A stretch of DNA of 64,000 nucleotides from an uncultured Candidatus Rokubacteria bacterium (GCA_963826115.1 CAWGVS010000006.1:672001-736000); one strand, 5' to 3'; shown: positions 8,849 to 18,444, numbered from the stretch's first letter. Notes: generated by a model from the sequence alone, not told the origin. Program-made: numbers and translations.

Positions 8849-9838
8849 ATGAAGCGACCGGGCCGCGTGTTCCTCCTTTCGCTGACGCTGGCCGTCGCCC
8901 TCCTCGCCGCGTCGCTCGCCGCCGAGGCACAGCTGGCGGGGGGAATCCCTCGAGTTGGCTTGCTCTCATTCGCCGACGGGTTGCCTCCGCGCATTGAGGC
9001 TGCACTCTTGGACGGGCTCCGCGAGGATGGGTGGGTCGAGGGAAAGAGCATCACGGTCGAGCGCCGATACGCCGGTGGCCGGGCCGACCGGCTTCCCGAG
9101 CTGGCGACGGAACTCGTGGGCTTGAAGGTGGACGTCATCATCGCCTCTGGCGCGTCCGCCGTACGCGCCGCCAAGATCGCCACGAGTACCATTCCAATCG
9201 TCTTCGCCGGGGCCGCTGATCCCGTAGGATTCGGGTTGGTGGTGAGCCTGGCACATCCCGGCGGCAATGTGACGGGCGTGTCCGATTCGACCGGCCGTGA
9301 GATCGAAGGGAAGCGCCTCCAGCTGCTGAAGGAGGCCGTGCCGGCGGCCACTCGCGTGGGGGTCGTGCTGGACTCCACCAGCCGGACCGATCCGGCCCCG
9401 ATGCGCGAGGCCGCGCGGGCGTTAGGATTGGCGTTGCTGGTCTCGCCGGAAGCGTCCACACCCGAGGAGTTCCGGGACGTCTTCGCGTGGTTCTCCCGGG
9501 AGCGGACTGGCGTGTTGTATGCGCCTGAGACACCGGTGAATGCTCGGCATCGCAGTTTGATCGTCAAGCTGGCGGGCCAGCATCGCCTTCCAGCAATGTA
9601 CGCATCCCGGGAATTCGTCGAGGCGGGCGGCCTGATGGCATACGGCCCGAGCCATGCCAAGGTGTTTCGACAGGCCGCCGGCTACGTGACGAGGATCTTA
9701 AGGGGCGCTCGGCCGAGCGACCTGCCGGTCGAGCAGCCGACTGAGTTCGAGCTGGTGGTGAATGCAAGGACGGCGAAGGCCCTGGGGCTGGTCCTGCCCC
9801 CGGCAATCCTCACTCGGGCCGACCACGTGATCCAGTGA
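8849..9838 (+). CDS. ABC transporter substrate-binding protein (ABC_sub_bind family)
   Basis: Signal peptide; DPVGFGLVVSLAHPGGNVTG, GGLMAYGP, LPVEQPTEFELVVN motifs. Confidence 0.92.
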   Translation: MKRPGRVFLLSLTLAVALLAASLAAEAQLAGGIPRVGLLSFADGLPPRIEAALLDGLREDGWVEGKSITVERRYAGGRADRLPELATELVGLKVDVIIASGASAVRAAKIATSTIPIVFAGAADPVGFGLVVSLAHPGGNVTGVSDSTGREIEGKRLQLLKEAVPAATRVGVVLDSTSRTDPAPMREAARALGLALLVSPEASTPEEFRDVFAWFSRERTGVLYAPETPVNARHRSLIVKLAGQHRLPAMYASREFVEAGGLMAYGPSHAKVFRQAAGYVTRILRGARPSDLPVEQPTEFELVVNARTAKALGLVLPPAILTRADHVIQ

Positions 9839-9859
9839 GAGGAAGGGAGGGCGACACGC

Positions 9860-10360
9860 ATGCCATTCGGGAGATTCCTTGTCATCGTCTTCTTCACCGG
9901 CCTCTGCCTCCTCGTCCCACTCGTCAGCATGGCCCAAGAGGCGGTCTTCATCATTCGGCATACGGAGCAGGTGGTCGATGGAGAGGATCCACCGCTCACG
10001 GACATCGGCCATCAGCGCGCTGCACGGCTGCCCAGCGTCCTCAAAGACGCAGGCATCCGCGTCATTTACACCAGCGAGTCTCTGCGGACGATTCAGACCG
10101 CGCAACCACTGGCGAAGGTGTTGGCGATCGACAGCCGGATCGTGCCGCGACGTGAGATCGAGGCACTGGTGAGGCGGCTTGCCGTCGAGCACACCCAGGA
10201 TCGTGTGCTCATCGTCAGCCATTCGCAGACCATCCCGGTGTTGCTCAAAGCGCTGGGACACACCGCAGAGGTTCCGATCGGCCGGGACGAGTATGATAGT
10301 GTGTTTCTGGTCTTTCCGCGACAGGGAATGCCGCCGGTGGTCGTCCGATTTCACTTCTAG
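9860..10360 (+). CDS. Exported histidine phosphatase (SixA/PGM superfamily)
   Basis: Signal peptide; FIIRHTE, LT..G..RA, SESLRTIQTA and VSH motifs. Confidence 0.85.
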   Translation: MPFGRFLVIVFFTGLCLLVPLVSMAQEAVFIIRHTEQVVDGEDPPLTDIGHQRAARLPSVLKDAGIRVIYTSESLRTIQTAQPLAKVLAIDSRIVPRREIEALVRRLAVEHTQDRVLIVSHSQTIPVLLKALGHTAEVPIGRDEYDSVFLVFPRQGMPPVVVRFHF

Positions 10361-10593
10361 CGGGTCCGAAGACAAAACCGGCCGTGACGATTCCGCCCTC
10401 GATGCGGGCGCGAGCGGAATCAATGATCCGGGTAGATCACGTCATCGGCTGGCCGCAGTCACGGGAGCAGACCACGACCCAGGCTTCCCGCAGCATCAAG
10501 ATCAAGCAGGCCACCGCTACGCCGGACAACCAAGAAGGCACTCCTTCACTAAACTCATGACCCCGCTGTCTCATTCTTGTTGACAGGTTCCGC

Positions 10594-10622
10594 GGTGCCT
10601 AGAAGAGAGCGATCCAGGGACA
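10594..10622 (+). repeat. Cassette-boundary site 6
   Basis: GGTGCCTAGAA-GAGAGCG-ATCCAGGGACA. Confidence 0.72.
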
Positions 10623-10776
10623 AAGCTGCTTCCCGGGAAACACGCTGGCGCTGTTCGAGCTGAAGCGGCGGGGGCAATGAGCCCTTCGCCGAGATGTCCG
10701 CAAGAGCTATCTTCGGGCATCGTCATGGTTGGTGTGAGGTCATTTACCGAAGCGGCTGTGGTGGAAGGAGCCGATC

Positions 10777-11607
10777 ATGAGCACCACGACCACGACGTTC
10801 GTCGCGACGGACCCGAGTGCCTACGAGCAGTTCATGGGGCGATGGAGCCAGCGGCTCGCGCCGTCATTCGTTGGGTTCGTCGGCGTTCAAACAGGTGAGG
10901 AGGTTCTTGATGTCGGGTGCGGTACGGGAAACCTGACCCTTGCTTTGGCTCAGGTGCAAGTGAAGTCGGCGGTTGGCATCGACCCATCGAGCCCCTACAT
11001 CGATTTCGCGCGGAGCCGTACCTCCGATCCGATGGTCCGCTTCGACGTAGGTGATGGGACCGCGCTCCCATACGGGAGGGGGGCCTTCGATCGGGGCCTC
11101 TCAATGCTGGTGCTCGACGTCGTCCCAGACCCTGCTCCGATGGTGGCCGAGATGTGCCGGGTCACGCACCCGGGCGGCACTGTAGCCGGGCTTGTCAACG
11201 ACTTCCGGTGCGGGCACCCAGTCTTCACCATGTTGTGGGACACCGCGGCCGTGCTAGAGCCGGGCTTCGCCGACCTCCGTGACCATCTAACGTCGAAGCG
11301 GATCGGGTGGCCCGGGGGCTTAGCCGAGCTGTGGCACGCAGCGGGACTGACTGACATCCACGAGGGACGGCTGACTATGCCGTTCGACTTCGGTTCGTTC
11401 GCCGATTATTGGTCGACGTTCACGACGGGACAGGGCAAGACCGGGGGGCATCTCATGAGCCTGCCGGAGCCGAAGCGGCGAGAGATCGAACAGTGCGTGC
11501 GGGCGGCGTACCTCTGCGGGCAACCCGACGGCCCACGGGCGTTCCTGATGACGTTCTGGGTGGTCCGAGGAGTTGTCCGGGAGAACCCTTCCCAAATGAG
11601 CGGGTAA
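10777..11607 (+). CDS. Class I SAM-dependent methyltransferase
   Basis: AYEQFMGRWS, VLDVGCGTG motif I; AAGGAG RBS. Confidence 0.92.
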   Translation: MSTTTTTFVATDPSAYEQFMGRWSQRLAPSFVGFVGVQTGEEVLDVGCGTGNLTLALAQVQVKSAVGIDPSSPYIDFARSRTSDPMVRFDVGDGTALPYGRGAFDRGLSMLVLDVVPDPAPMVAEMCRVTHPGGTVAGLVNDFRCGHPVFTMLWDTAAVLEPGFADLRDHLTSKRIGWPGGLAELWHAAGLTDIHEGRLTMPFDFGSFADYWSTFTTGQGKTGGHLMSLPEPKRREIEQCVRAAYLCGQPDGPRAFLMTFWVVRGVVRENPSQMSG

Positions 11608-11694
11608 AGGAGCTTGTGACTTCCTCGGGTGTCGAGCAACGCTCATGCGTTGAGGGAGATGAGAACACAACCCTCCAGGGGGTGCCTTCCCAGG

Positions 11695-11723
11695 AGTTCC
11701 TGGATCAGACCGATCCAGAACGT
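11695..11723 (+). repeat. Cassette-boundary site 7 (more symmetric, orientation uncertain)
   Basis: AGTTCCTGGAT-CAGACCG-ATCCAGAACGT. Confidence 0.6.
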
Positions 11724-11907
11724 CGTCGAATCTAACCGCGGTGCCCACACGAAGGCGATTCGGGCAATCCCGGACGCTCTATTCAGCTCGAGTACGGATA
11801 GAAGTGCATCGTAGATATCCACGGGCGAGATTGCAATGAGACACGCCAAGGGCTTAGGGTCCCCAAGGTCGGCTCGACGGAGTGAGTGGCCGTAGGGAAG
11901 GCGACCT

Positions 11908-12862
11908 CTAGGCGTGAAGTCTCACGAGATTGTCCGCACTCGACCGCGACAGGCGGCTGATGGGCGGACGGCCGTGCAGACCGGCATGGTCCCGTTCCAC
12001 ATTGTAGTAGTGCAGCCAGTGGGGCAAGGCCCCGAGGCGCTCGGCCGAGGTCCGGTACGGCCGGATGTAGGCCCACTGGCGCAGCAGGGTCTGGATGAAG
12101 CGCTCGGCCTTGCCGTTCGTCCGGGGCGTGTAGGGGCGTGTCCGGAGATGCCGGATCCGGGCGCTGTGGCAGCACTGGGCGAAGACGTGCGACAGATACC
12201 CCGCGCCGTTATCCGTCAGGAGGCGGCGGACCCGGATGCCCAGGCGGCGGTACCAGGCCAGCGCCCGCCAGAGAAACGCGGTCACGGTCACGCCCTGCTC
12301 ATCGGGCAAGACCTCGACATAGGCGAGCCGCGTCGCGTCATCGACGGCCACGTGGACGTACTCCCAGCCGATGCCGCGGACCCGGGCGCGCCGGTCCCCG
12401 GTGATGCGGTGCCCGATGCGGCCGATCCGCCCGAGTTTCTTGATGTCCAGGTGCACCAGGCCGCCGGGCTCGGTGTACTCGTAGCGCACGACCGGCACGC
12501 GGGGCTCAAGGGCCCGCAGCCGGGCCAGCCGCAGCCGCGTGAGGTACCGGGCGACCGTGGCGGGGCTGAGCTGCAAGGCGCGGGCGATCTGAGCGCCGGT
12601 CCAGCGCTGGCGCCGCAGGCGTTCGATCCACCGCGACGAGCTCGGGGGCGACGGCGGCCGGGGCCCGGCGCGGCCGACAGGAGCGATCCTGCAAGCCGGC
12701 CCGGCCGGCGAGGCGGTATCGCTGGACCCACTTGCGGACGGTGCGGTCGCTGATCCCCAGGGCATCGGCCACGTCGCGAATCGACTCGGCCCCGTGCAGG
12801 ACTCGCTGGACGAGACGCTCTCGACTGCGCGGGGTGGTCCGGGCATGCTGGTGGATGTTCAT
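11908..12862 (-). pseudogene. IS481 transposase, one frameshift near 12630 (real or read error)
   Basis: MNIHQHARTTP N-terminus; HLDIKKLG, TDNG and TNGKAERF DDE motifs; stop codon supplied by the target CTAG. Confidence 0.88.
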
Positions 12863-12950
12863 CCGAGCCTCCTGGCTGTGAAGGGTGGCGGCGTCGCAAC
12901 CACCAGCCTTCCAGACGAGGCTCGGGTGAACAACCTCCTGAGAGTTCACA
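11913..12950 (-). mobile_element. IS481-family insertion sequence (1038 bp)
   Basis: Imperfect terminal IRs CGTGAAGTCTCACGAGATTGTCC / TGTGAACTCTCAGGAGGTTGTTC; 6-bp target duplication TCTAGG at 11907-11912 and 12951-12956. Confidence 0.92.
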
Positions 12951-13075
12951 TCTAGGCGTGTCCAGAAGCCAGTCCACGTGGGCTTGTGCGCCGATAGGCC
13001 AGCGTCGGCGAGATGCCGAACGCTGACCTCCGGGGGAACCTCGATGATCCGATGATTGACCCGCGCCCCTGACTG

Positions 13076-13966
13076 TCAGGGCGGGCGCACGGCAGCCAGG
13101 GCGATCCTCCAGCAGGCGAGCACGAGCGCGCCGGCGGCGAGGGCCAGGAGCCACTGACTCGACCGGCCGAGTGGTTGGCGCTGTGCCAGTGCCGGGCCAA
13201 TGCCCAGGAGGCCTCCAACGAGGAGGCCAAAGACGTGGGCGAGTACATCTGACCCCGGCGCGGTCCCGAGCATACCGAGCAGCGCGAGGCTGGCGGCCAT
13301 TACCACCCAGCCCTTGTGCACCGACGCCCGGTCCCGCCCGCGCGCTACGTACTGGCGAGCGGCCAGAATGCCGAGGGCGCCGAAGATGGCGGTCGAGGCG
13401 CCGACTGAGACGGACGACGGCCCATGCGCGAGCGCCGTCAGCGCGTTTCCCCCCGCCCCGGCCAGTAGCACGAGCCATGTGCCCACGCCTGGCCCGAGCC
13501 ACCAGGCCACCGCGGTGACGAACACCAGGCAGGCGAGGGCGTTGCTGAGCACGTGGGCGAGGTCGGCATGGAGTGTCAGGGCGGTCACTGTGCGCCATAC
13601 CTCACCGGACAGAATCGGCTGGGCAGCAGCACTGCCTCGGTCGAACCAGAGGTTGGATCCACGTGGGCCGGTGACCGCAAAGAACCCAACCAGCAGCACG
13701 GCGATCACCCCCCCGATCCAGGTGGTGCCGTAGGGGGGCGGGGAGGGATCACTCGGCGCCTCGTCGCGGTTCTCCCGGTCATACTCGGCCAGCGCGCTGC
13801 TCGCCCGTTCAGCATCACCCGCCGCGACCATCACCATCCAGCCGGCGTCAGTCGGCTCCAGGCGGTGAGCAATCCCATTCGACGCCAACACGACCGCGCA
13901 CTCCTCCGCCCGCTTCGCACTCGGGGTCACACACACGGCGGCCTCACTCGGTTTATCGGTCGTCAT
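13076..13966 (-). CDS. Rhomboid-family intramembrane serine protease
   Basis: WRTVTALTLHADLAHVLSN, GASTA catalytic Ser, AHVFG catalytic His. Confidence 0.9.
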   Translation of the reverse strand: MTTDKPSEAAVCVTPSAKRAEECAVVLASNGIAHRLEPTDAGWMVMVAAGDAERASSALAEYDRENRDEAPSDPSPPPYGTTWIGGVIAVLLVGFFAVTGPRGSNLWFDRGSAAAQPILSGEVWRTVTALTLHADLAHVLSNALACLVFVTAVAWWLGPGVGTWLVLLAGAGGNALTALAHGPSSVSVGASTAIFGALGILAARQYVARGRDRASVHKGWVVMAASLALLGMLGTAPGSDVLAHVFGLLVGGLLGIGPALAQRQPLGRSSQWLLALAAGALVLACWRIALAAVRPP

Positions 13967-14537
13967 TGATGCAGCCTGAGCTGGACGATGATGGGGTGGT
14001 TCGGCACGATCGGCCATCGCTTAGCCCTGATCCGAAAGTAACTCACGCAGTTAGCACATGGCCACGCGCCCGGAGAGGGTCTGGGTCGCAGAGATCTCGG
14101 TCGGTCTGCCCGGGAGCCACAGCGACACCGCGCCAAAACCATAGCGCGGCGCCGTCTGAGCGGACAAGGGCGTCGGGAGATCGAAGGGATGCCCCGAACC
14201 TGCCCTGCAGGGGCCGGGGAACGGAGGGGGACCGCGGCACCTGGGCGTGCTCGAGTGCCGGTCAGGCGGCCGAGACCGGTCGCCCCGGCGGCGGGTCGGC
14301 GGCAAAATCGAGCGCGTGAGGAGCCGGCGTACGGTGTGACTCGACATTTACGAGCGGTGCTGGCCGGCGGCCCCACCAGCAGCGTTGTGGCCCTATGTCA
14401 GCCGTCCGAGCGACCGGGGGCCTGTGGAGCCAGCGCTGCGCGGCTCGGACGACTGGCCTCTTCGGCAGCCTGAATCTCGTCTGCGGATCCCCGGGCTACC
14501 TCCTCATCGACCCGCCGGCCTGGCGCGGTTCTGGCGC

Positions 14538-14563
14538 CCGAAACTGGCCGTTTGTCCGGCGTC
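14538..14563 (-). repeat. Sub-terminal inverted repeat, right copy
   Basis: CCGAAACTGGCCGTTTGTCCGGCGTC, 23/26 inverted match to 4578-4603. Confidence 0.65.
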
Positions 14564-14637
14564 TGGACAAAGGCTGTCCTCGTTGTTACGCCTGTCGGGT
14601 CACGGCAGAACCCCGCGGAAGTTCAGCGTACAAAGGC

Positions 14638-14664
14638 GTTCGAATCCCGTTGGAGCCACCACCG
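14638..14664 (+). repeat. att-like copy of the tRNA-Glu 3' end
   Basis: Exact 27-bp match to 4403-4429. Confidence 0.92.
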
Positions 14665-14745
14665 GCGTGATGGCGAGAGTCCCGGTCGAAGAGCCGATTC
14701 GAACCCGCGCACCACGTTGACGCGCTAGGGGCGGCGCTGCCCAGG

Positions 14746-14774
14746 CATCCCTAATACCTTGTCTTCCAGGTACA
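14746..14774 (-). repeat. Cassette-boundary site 8 (minus strand)
   Basis: TGTACCTGGAA-GACAAGG-TATTAGGGATG, 7 nt after the helicase stop and in the orientation of that gene. Confidence 0.55.
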
Positions 14775-14781
14775 TCCGCTA

Positions 14782-17700
14782 CTATGGTCCAGCGGCGGCT
14801 CGGGTCGGTACACCCAACACGCTACGCCACCGCTCGGGTACCGGGCTCTTCAACTTCCAGTGGACGGTGATCGGGCGATCGCCGCTCCAACGAAGGAACT
14901 CGCACTCGCCGCAGTAGAAAAACGGGGCCGCGCGCCCGTCGACTTTCGATGCTTTTCGTACGAAGAGGTGAACGGGGATGCCCCGTTCAACGTGGCGGGC
15001 CAGCTTCTGCTCGGTCGCTCCTCCACGGTGCTGCTTGTTCTGACTCTGCCATTGAAAGCGATCGGGAGCTTCGAAACGATCCTCGTAGCGATGCGCTTTC
15101 GCCTTATCGGATTTGTCGAGCGTGACGAGGAGGATGACTCGGTCATTCTTGAAGATGAACCCCTGGTTCCAGACGGGAGCGTTGTAGACGAGGCCGAAGA
15201 GTGGGGGAATCGCCTCACGTGAATACTGTCGCCACGTCTCAGGTCCCTGGTCCGGAGAGGTCTGCCGACGCAGCGGCACAAGTTGGTACACGTTATCGGC
15301 CGTGGGTTCAAAGGAAACCTGAAAGCTGGTGCCCGGAAGCCCGGCGTCGGGCCCGAACCAGGCCCGGAGAAGGCCAGGTAGCTCGTTCCGTGGGGAGCCG
15401 GGGGCCCGAACTACGTTCACCGCAATCTTGGCGAACTCGGCATGATATTGCCGGCCGTCGATCAGTACTGGGATGTTCCCCATTGGGATGTCGGGCCGCC
15501 CGGAGCGATCAGGGAGAAAGAGGATCGGCCGACTCCCGGCATGGCTGACCTTGCAGATTATGCTCGCCTCGGTCCCCGGCTGCCGCTGCAGGTACTCAGC
15601 AAGGCGCCAGTCCACAAGCTCACGCACAAGTTCCTGGAAGGCCTCTCGGTGAGGCGCCGGAACATCGAAACGACTCCCGAAATGGCCCTCCTGGTAGGCG
15701 AAGTATGGGACGCCGTGTGTACCCGCCCCGCCGGACCAGGCGGCGATCGGATTGATCTCGAGGTGACGGGTCAAGGCGGCAGGATCGGTGAGCGCCGGGC
15801 CGAAGTCCTGCTGAAGCCGTGCAGACCGTCGCGCGAGCTGAGTGACCGTCTGGGCCAGATCGCCAATCGGGACTGTTCCCGGGAGACGATCCTCGTTTAG
15901 CATCGCAAGCAGGACGATCATCTTGTAGCTCTTGGTCATTGGAGTCGTTTCGAGCTCGTCAAGGAACGCTTGGATCGAGGGAGCGCCGACGTGGCCCGTG
16001 ATGGCCCCCTTGACCAGAGTGACCTGGGCCTCGGGGAGGTTACCCATCTGATCCACGAACCGAAGCCACGAGCCGTACGAGCGCCGGACCGTCCGGGGTG
16101 CGTAACCCTCGTGGAACGCTTCGACGGCGCGGGGCCGGATCCCATGACGCTCGCGAAAGTCCTCATACCAGGCTCGGAGGACGTCGGGCGTCTGCATCGG
16201 CAGGAGCGCTCGGAGGATTTCTATCGCGCGAAGCTCATAGGTGACCTCGCAGCCGGGTGGCAGCTCGAGCGAGTGGGCCTCGGCACGGGTCAAGGCTTCG
16301 GCCACCGTGGCCGGCGAGGCGTCGAGCCCCAAGAGCACCTGGGGCTTGAGCAGAAAGATGCGATGATTTCCGATGTAGTCGATGACTGTGAGATGGTCCT
16401 TATGCGCGGCCCTGCGAAGACCTCGACCGAACTGCTGCATCCAGACGATCCGTGACTCCGTGGGACGGAGCATCATGATCGTGTCCACATGGGGAAGGTC
16501 CACACCCTCGTTGAACATGTCCACCGCGAAGATCGCGTCGAGTTCACCCGCCTCCAATCGCTCCAGAGAGGCGGTCCGGGGCGCGCTGGTCGCATCCGAA
16601 TGCACCGCGACGGCTCGAATGCCGGCATTCGTGAAGAAGTCCGTCATGAAGTCGGCATGACGCGTAGAGCTGCAGAAGGCCAAGGTGCGCGACCCAGCGC
16701 GCAGCCGATACTGGTCCAAGGCATTCTGGGCCCTTGACTGAGTTGCCACCGCCTGGGTTAACGCCACCTCGTCGAAACGCGCGCTACGCCAAGGGATGTT
16801 CCGGTAGTCGACCTCGTCAGGGATGCCGAAGTAGTGGAAGGGTGCCAGGAGTCCCCGCCTGATGCCATCCCAGAGGTCACACCGATAGACGAGGTTCTCG
16901 CCGCACAGACCCAGTAGGTCGCCCCCATCCGTTCGTTCCGGCGTTGCGGTCAAGCCGAGGAGAAACCTGGGCTGGAAATGATCGATAAGGCGGCGGTATG
17001 TCGCGGCCGCGGCGTGGTGGAACTCGTCGACAATGATGTAGTCGAAGGCGTCCGGGGGAAACTGGCCCAGGTGACGGACCCGGCCGAGCGTCTGGATGGA
17101 TGCGAACAGCACATCGGCTTCCGGAACCCTCTCATCGCCAGTGTAGAGGCCGAGCGAGGCGGTCGGGCGAATGCGCCGAAATGTCGACAGAGCCTGGGCA
17201 AGGATCTCCTCTCGGTGGGCGACGAAGAGCACTCGGTGATACTCGGGGCGATCGGTATCGAAGGCGGCTAGCCAAGTTTTCCCCAGCCCGGTTGCCAGGA
17301 CGACGAGCCCAGCGGCATTGCCATCGACTCGAGTCCGTTCAAGGGCTGTCAGTGCTTCTCGCTGGACCGCATGCGGCTCGGGCGGGGGTGGCAGAGGCTC
17401 CGGGACCACGTCTACGATTCGTCTCAACTCGGGAGACCGTCGGGCGCTGTACTGGGCGATCCACGCTGCGTCTAGAGGCGTCGTCTTGGGATGCTGGAAG
17501 AGCATTCGGAACGCCGCGACGACCGTGCCGAAGCCGGCCCGGTCACGAGCCGGGACGACACGGTAGTTCCACTCGATCCCGCGCCCGAGCGCGAGCTCGG
17601 AGAGATTGGAGCTACCGACGAAAGCGACGGCGTCGCCGTTGGACCCATGAACGATATAGGCCTTTGGATGGAAACTCTGGCCGGCCGTCACGAACACCCG

Positions 17701-18444
17701 AAGCTCCACTGTGCCCGCAGCTTGGCTGGCGAGAACCGTCAAGTCGAGCAAACGCCTGAGCGCGTTCGGCTCTGTGATGTCGAGGTAGTCGCCGGTCAGC
17801 ACCCGGAGGTGTCCTCCCCTTCGCACGACGTCCTTGAGGTGCTCGTCGATCTGTGTCACTCCGCGTTCAAGAATGAAGGCGACCGCGATGTCAACGCGCA
17901 CGGCGGTAGCCAGGGCGGCTCGCAGATGCGGGAGCAGTGGATCGTCTCCGCCGCGCACCAGTGCCTGCCAATGCGGCGGCCGTATGATGGCTGGCTCCGA
18001 CAGTCCGGTGGGGACGGTCGGCGAAATGGCGATGTAGGGTGCCGCCAGCGCTTCCCGAGCCGCAAGGACATAGTCGGCCTTCTCGGGAATGACATGCCTC
18101 ACCCCGCCGCGCGGGGCTCGCACGTCGCCGTGGTATCGCGGAATCACATGGATGTGCAGATGAGAGATCGTCTGCCCGGCAGCGTCGCCGATGTTCACGC
18201 CGAGGTTGTAGCCATCGGGTTGATGGACACGCTCGATCGCGGCTTTGGCGTCGGAGACCGCGGCCATCAGCTCGATGCGTTCCTCGCTCGTGGCTTCGAA
18301 CCACGACGCCACATGCCGCTGCGGGATGACTAGCGCATGGCCAGGGGAAGCTGGGAAGTGATCCCAAAGACCAAGGACCAGGCGCCCACGATGAAAGAGC
18401 CCATCAATATCCGGGCTGCAGAAGGGGCACCCGGGTTCGGTCAT
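14782..18444 (-). CDS. HIT - PLD nuclease - SF2 helicase - DUF3427 fusion (SauUSI-like type IV restriction enzyme, 1220 aa)
   Basis: CPFC...HLHIH (HIT); FHPKAY...GSSNLS...IEWN (PLD); ATGLGKT, DEFH, TAT, QQFGRGLR (SF2); YEDRF..FQWQSQN..HLFVRK..FFYCG (DUF3427). Confidence 0.88.
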   Translation of the reverse strand: MTEPGCPFCSPDIDGLFHRGRLVLGLWDHFPASPGHALVIPQRHVASWFEATSEERIELMAAVSDAKAAIERVHQPDGYNLGVNIGDAAGQTISHLHIHVIPRYHGDVRAPRGGVRHVIPEKADYVLAAREALAAPYIAISPTVPTGLSEPAIIRPPHWQALVRGGDDPLLPHLRAALATAVRVDIAVAFILERGVTQIDEHLKDVVRRGGHLRVLTGDYLDITEPNALRRLLDLTVLASQAAGTVELRVFVTAGQSFHPKAYIVHGSNGDAVAFVGSSNLSELALGRGIEWNYRVVPARDRAGFGTVVAAFRMLFQHPKTTPLDAAWIAQYSARRSPELRRIVDVVPEPLPPPPEPHAVQREALTALERTRVDGNAAGLVVLATGLGKTWLAAFDTDRPEYHRVLFVAHREEILAQALSTFRRIRPTASLGLYTGDERVPEADVLFASIQTLGRVRHLGQFPPDAFDYIIVDEFHHAAAATYRRLIDHFQPRFLLGLTATPERTDGGDLLGLCGENLVYRCDLWDGIRRGLLAPFHYFGIPDEVDYRNIPWRSARFDEVALTQAVATQSRAQNALDQYRLRAGSRTLAFCSSTRHADFMTDFFTNAGIRAVAVHSDATSAPRTASLERLEAGELDAIFAVDMFNEGVDLPHVDTIMMLRPTESRIVWMQQFGRGLRRAAHKDHLTVIDYIGNHRIFLLKPQVLLGLDASPATVAEALTRAEAHSLELPPGCEVTYELRAIEILRALLPMQTPDVLRAWYEDFRERHGIRPRAVEAFHEGYAPRTVRRSYGSWLRFVDQMGNLPEAQVTLVKGAITGHVGAPSIQAFLDELETTPMTKSYKMIVLLAMLNEDRLPGTVPIGDLAQTVTQLARRSARLQQDFGPALTDPAALTRHLEINPIAAWSGGAGTHGVPYFAYQEGHFGSRFDVPAPHREAFQELVRELVDWRLAEYLQRQPGTEASIICKVSHAGSRPILFLPDRSGRPDIPMGNIPVLIDGRQYHAEFAKIAVNVVRAPGSPRNELPGLLRAWFGPDAGLPGTSFQVSFEPTADNVYQLVPLRRQTSPDQGPETWRQYSREAIPPLFGLVYNAPVWNQGFIFKNDRVILLVTLDKSDKAKAHRYEDRFEAPDRFQWQSQNKQHRGGATEQKLARHVERGIPVHLFVRKASKVDGRAAPFFYCGECEFLRWSGDRPITVHWKLKSPVPERWRSVLGVPTRAAAGP

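Larger units (their letters stand above)
4403..14664. mobile_element. Genomic island 1 at tRNA-Glu (~10.2 kb, no integrase seen)
   Basis: 27-bp direct repeat GTTCGAATCCCGTTGGAGCCACCACCG at 4403-4429 and 14638-14664; visibly lower GC; accessory cargo. Confidence 0.85.

Noticed and set aside
4991-10433. Extra weak matches to the cassette site near 4992-5020, 8415-8443 and 10410-10433
   Set aside because: Only partial arm similarity or the wrong spacer length; not counted without a PWM score.
5977-11723. The 29-bp repeats as a CRISPR array or a classical integron
   Set aside because: The spacing is 269-1867 bp and contains whole genes; no cas or intI gene; no long attC hairpins with GTTRRRY at each boundary.
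14638-14664. Additional tRNA genes at 14638 and 19265
   Set aside because: Only the T-arm and acceptor 3' strand are present; these are att scars.
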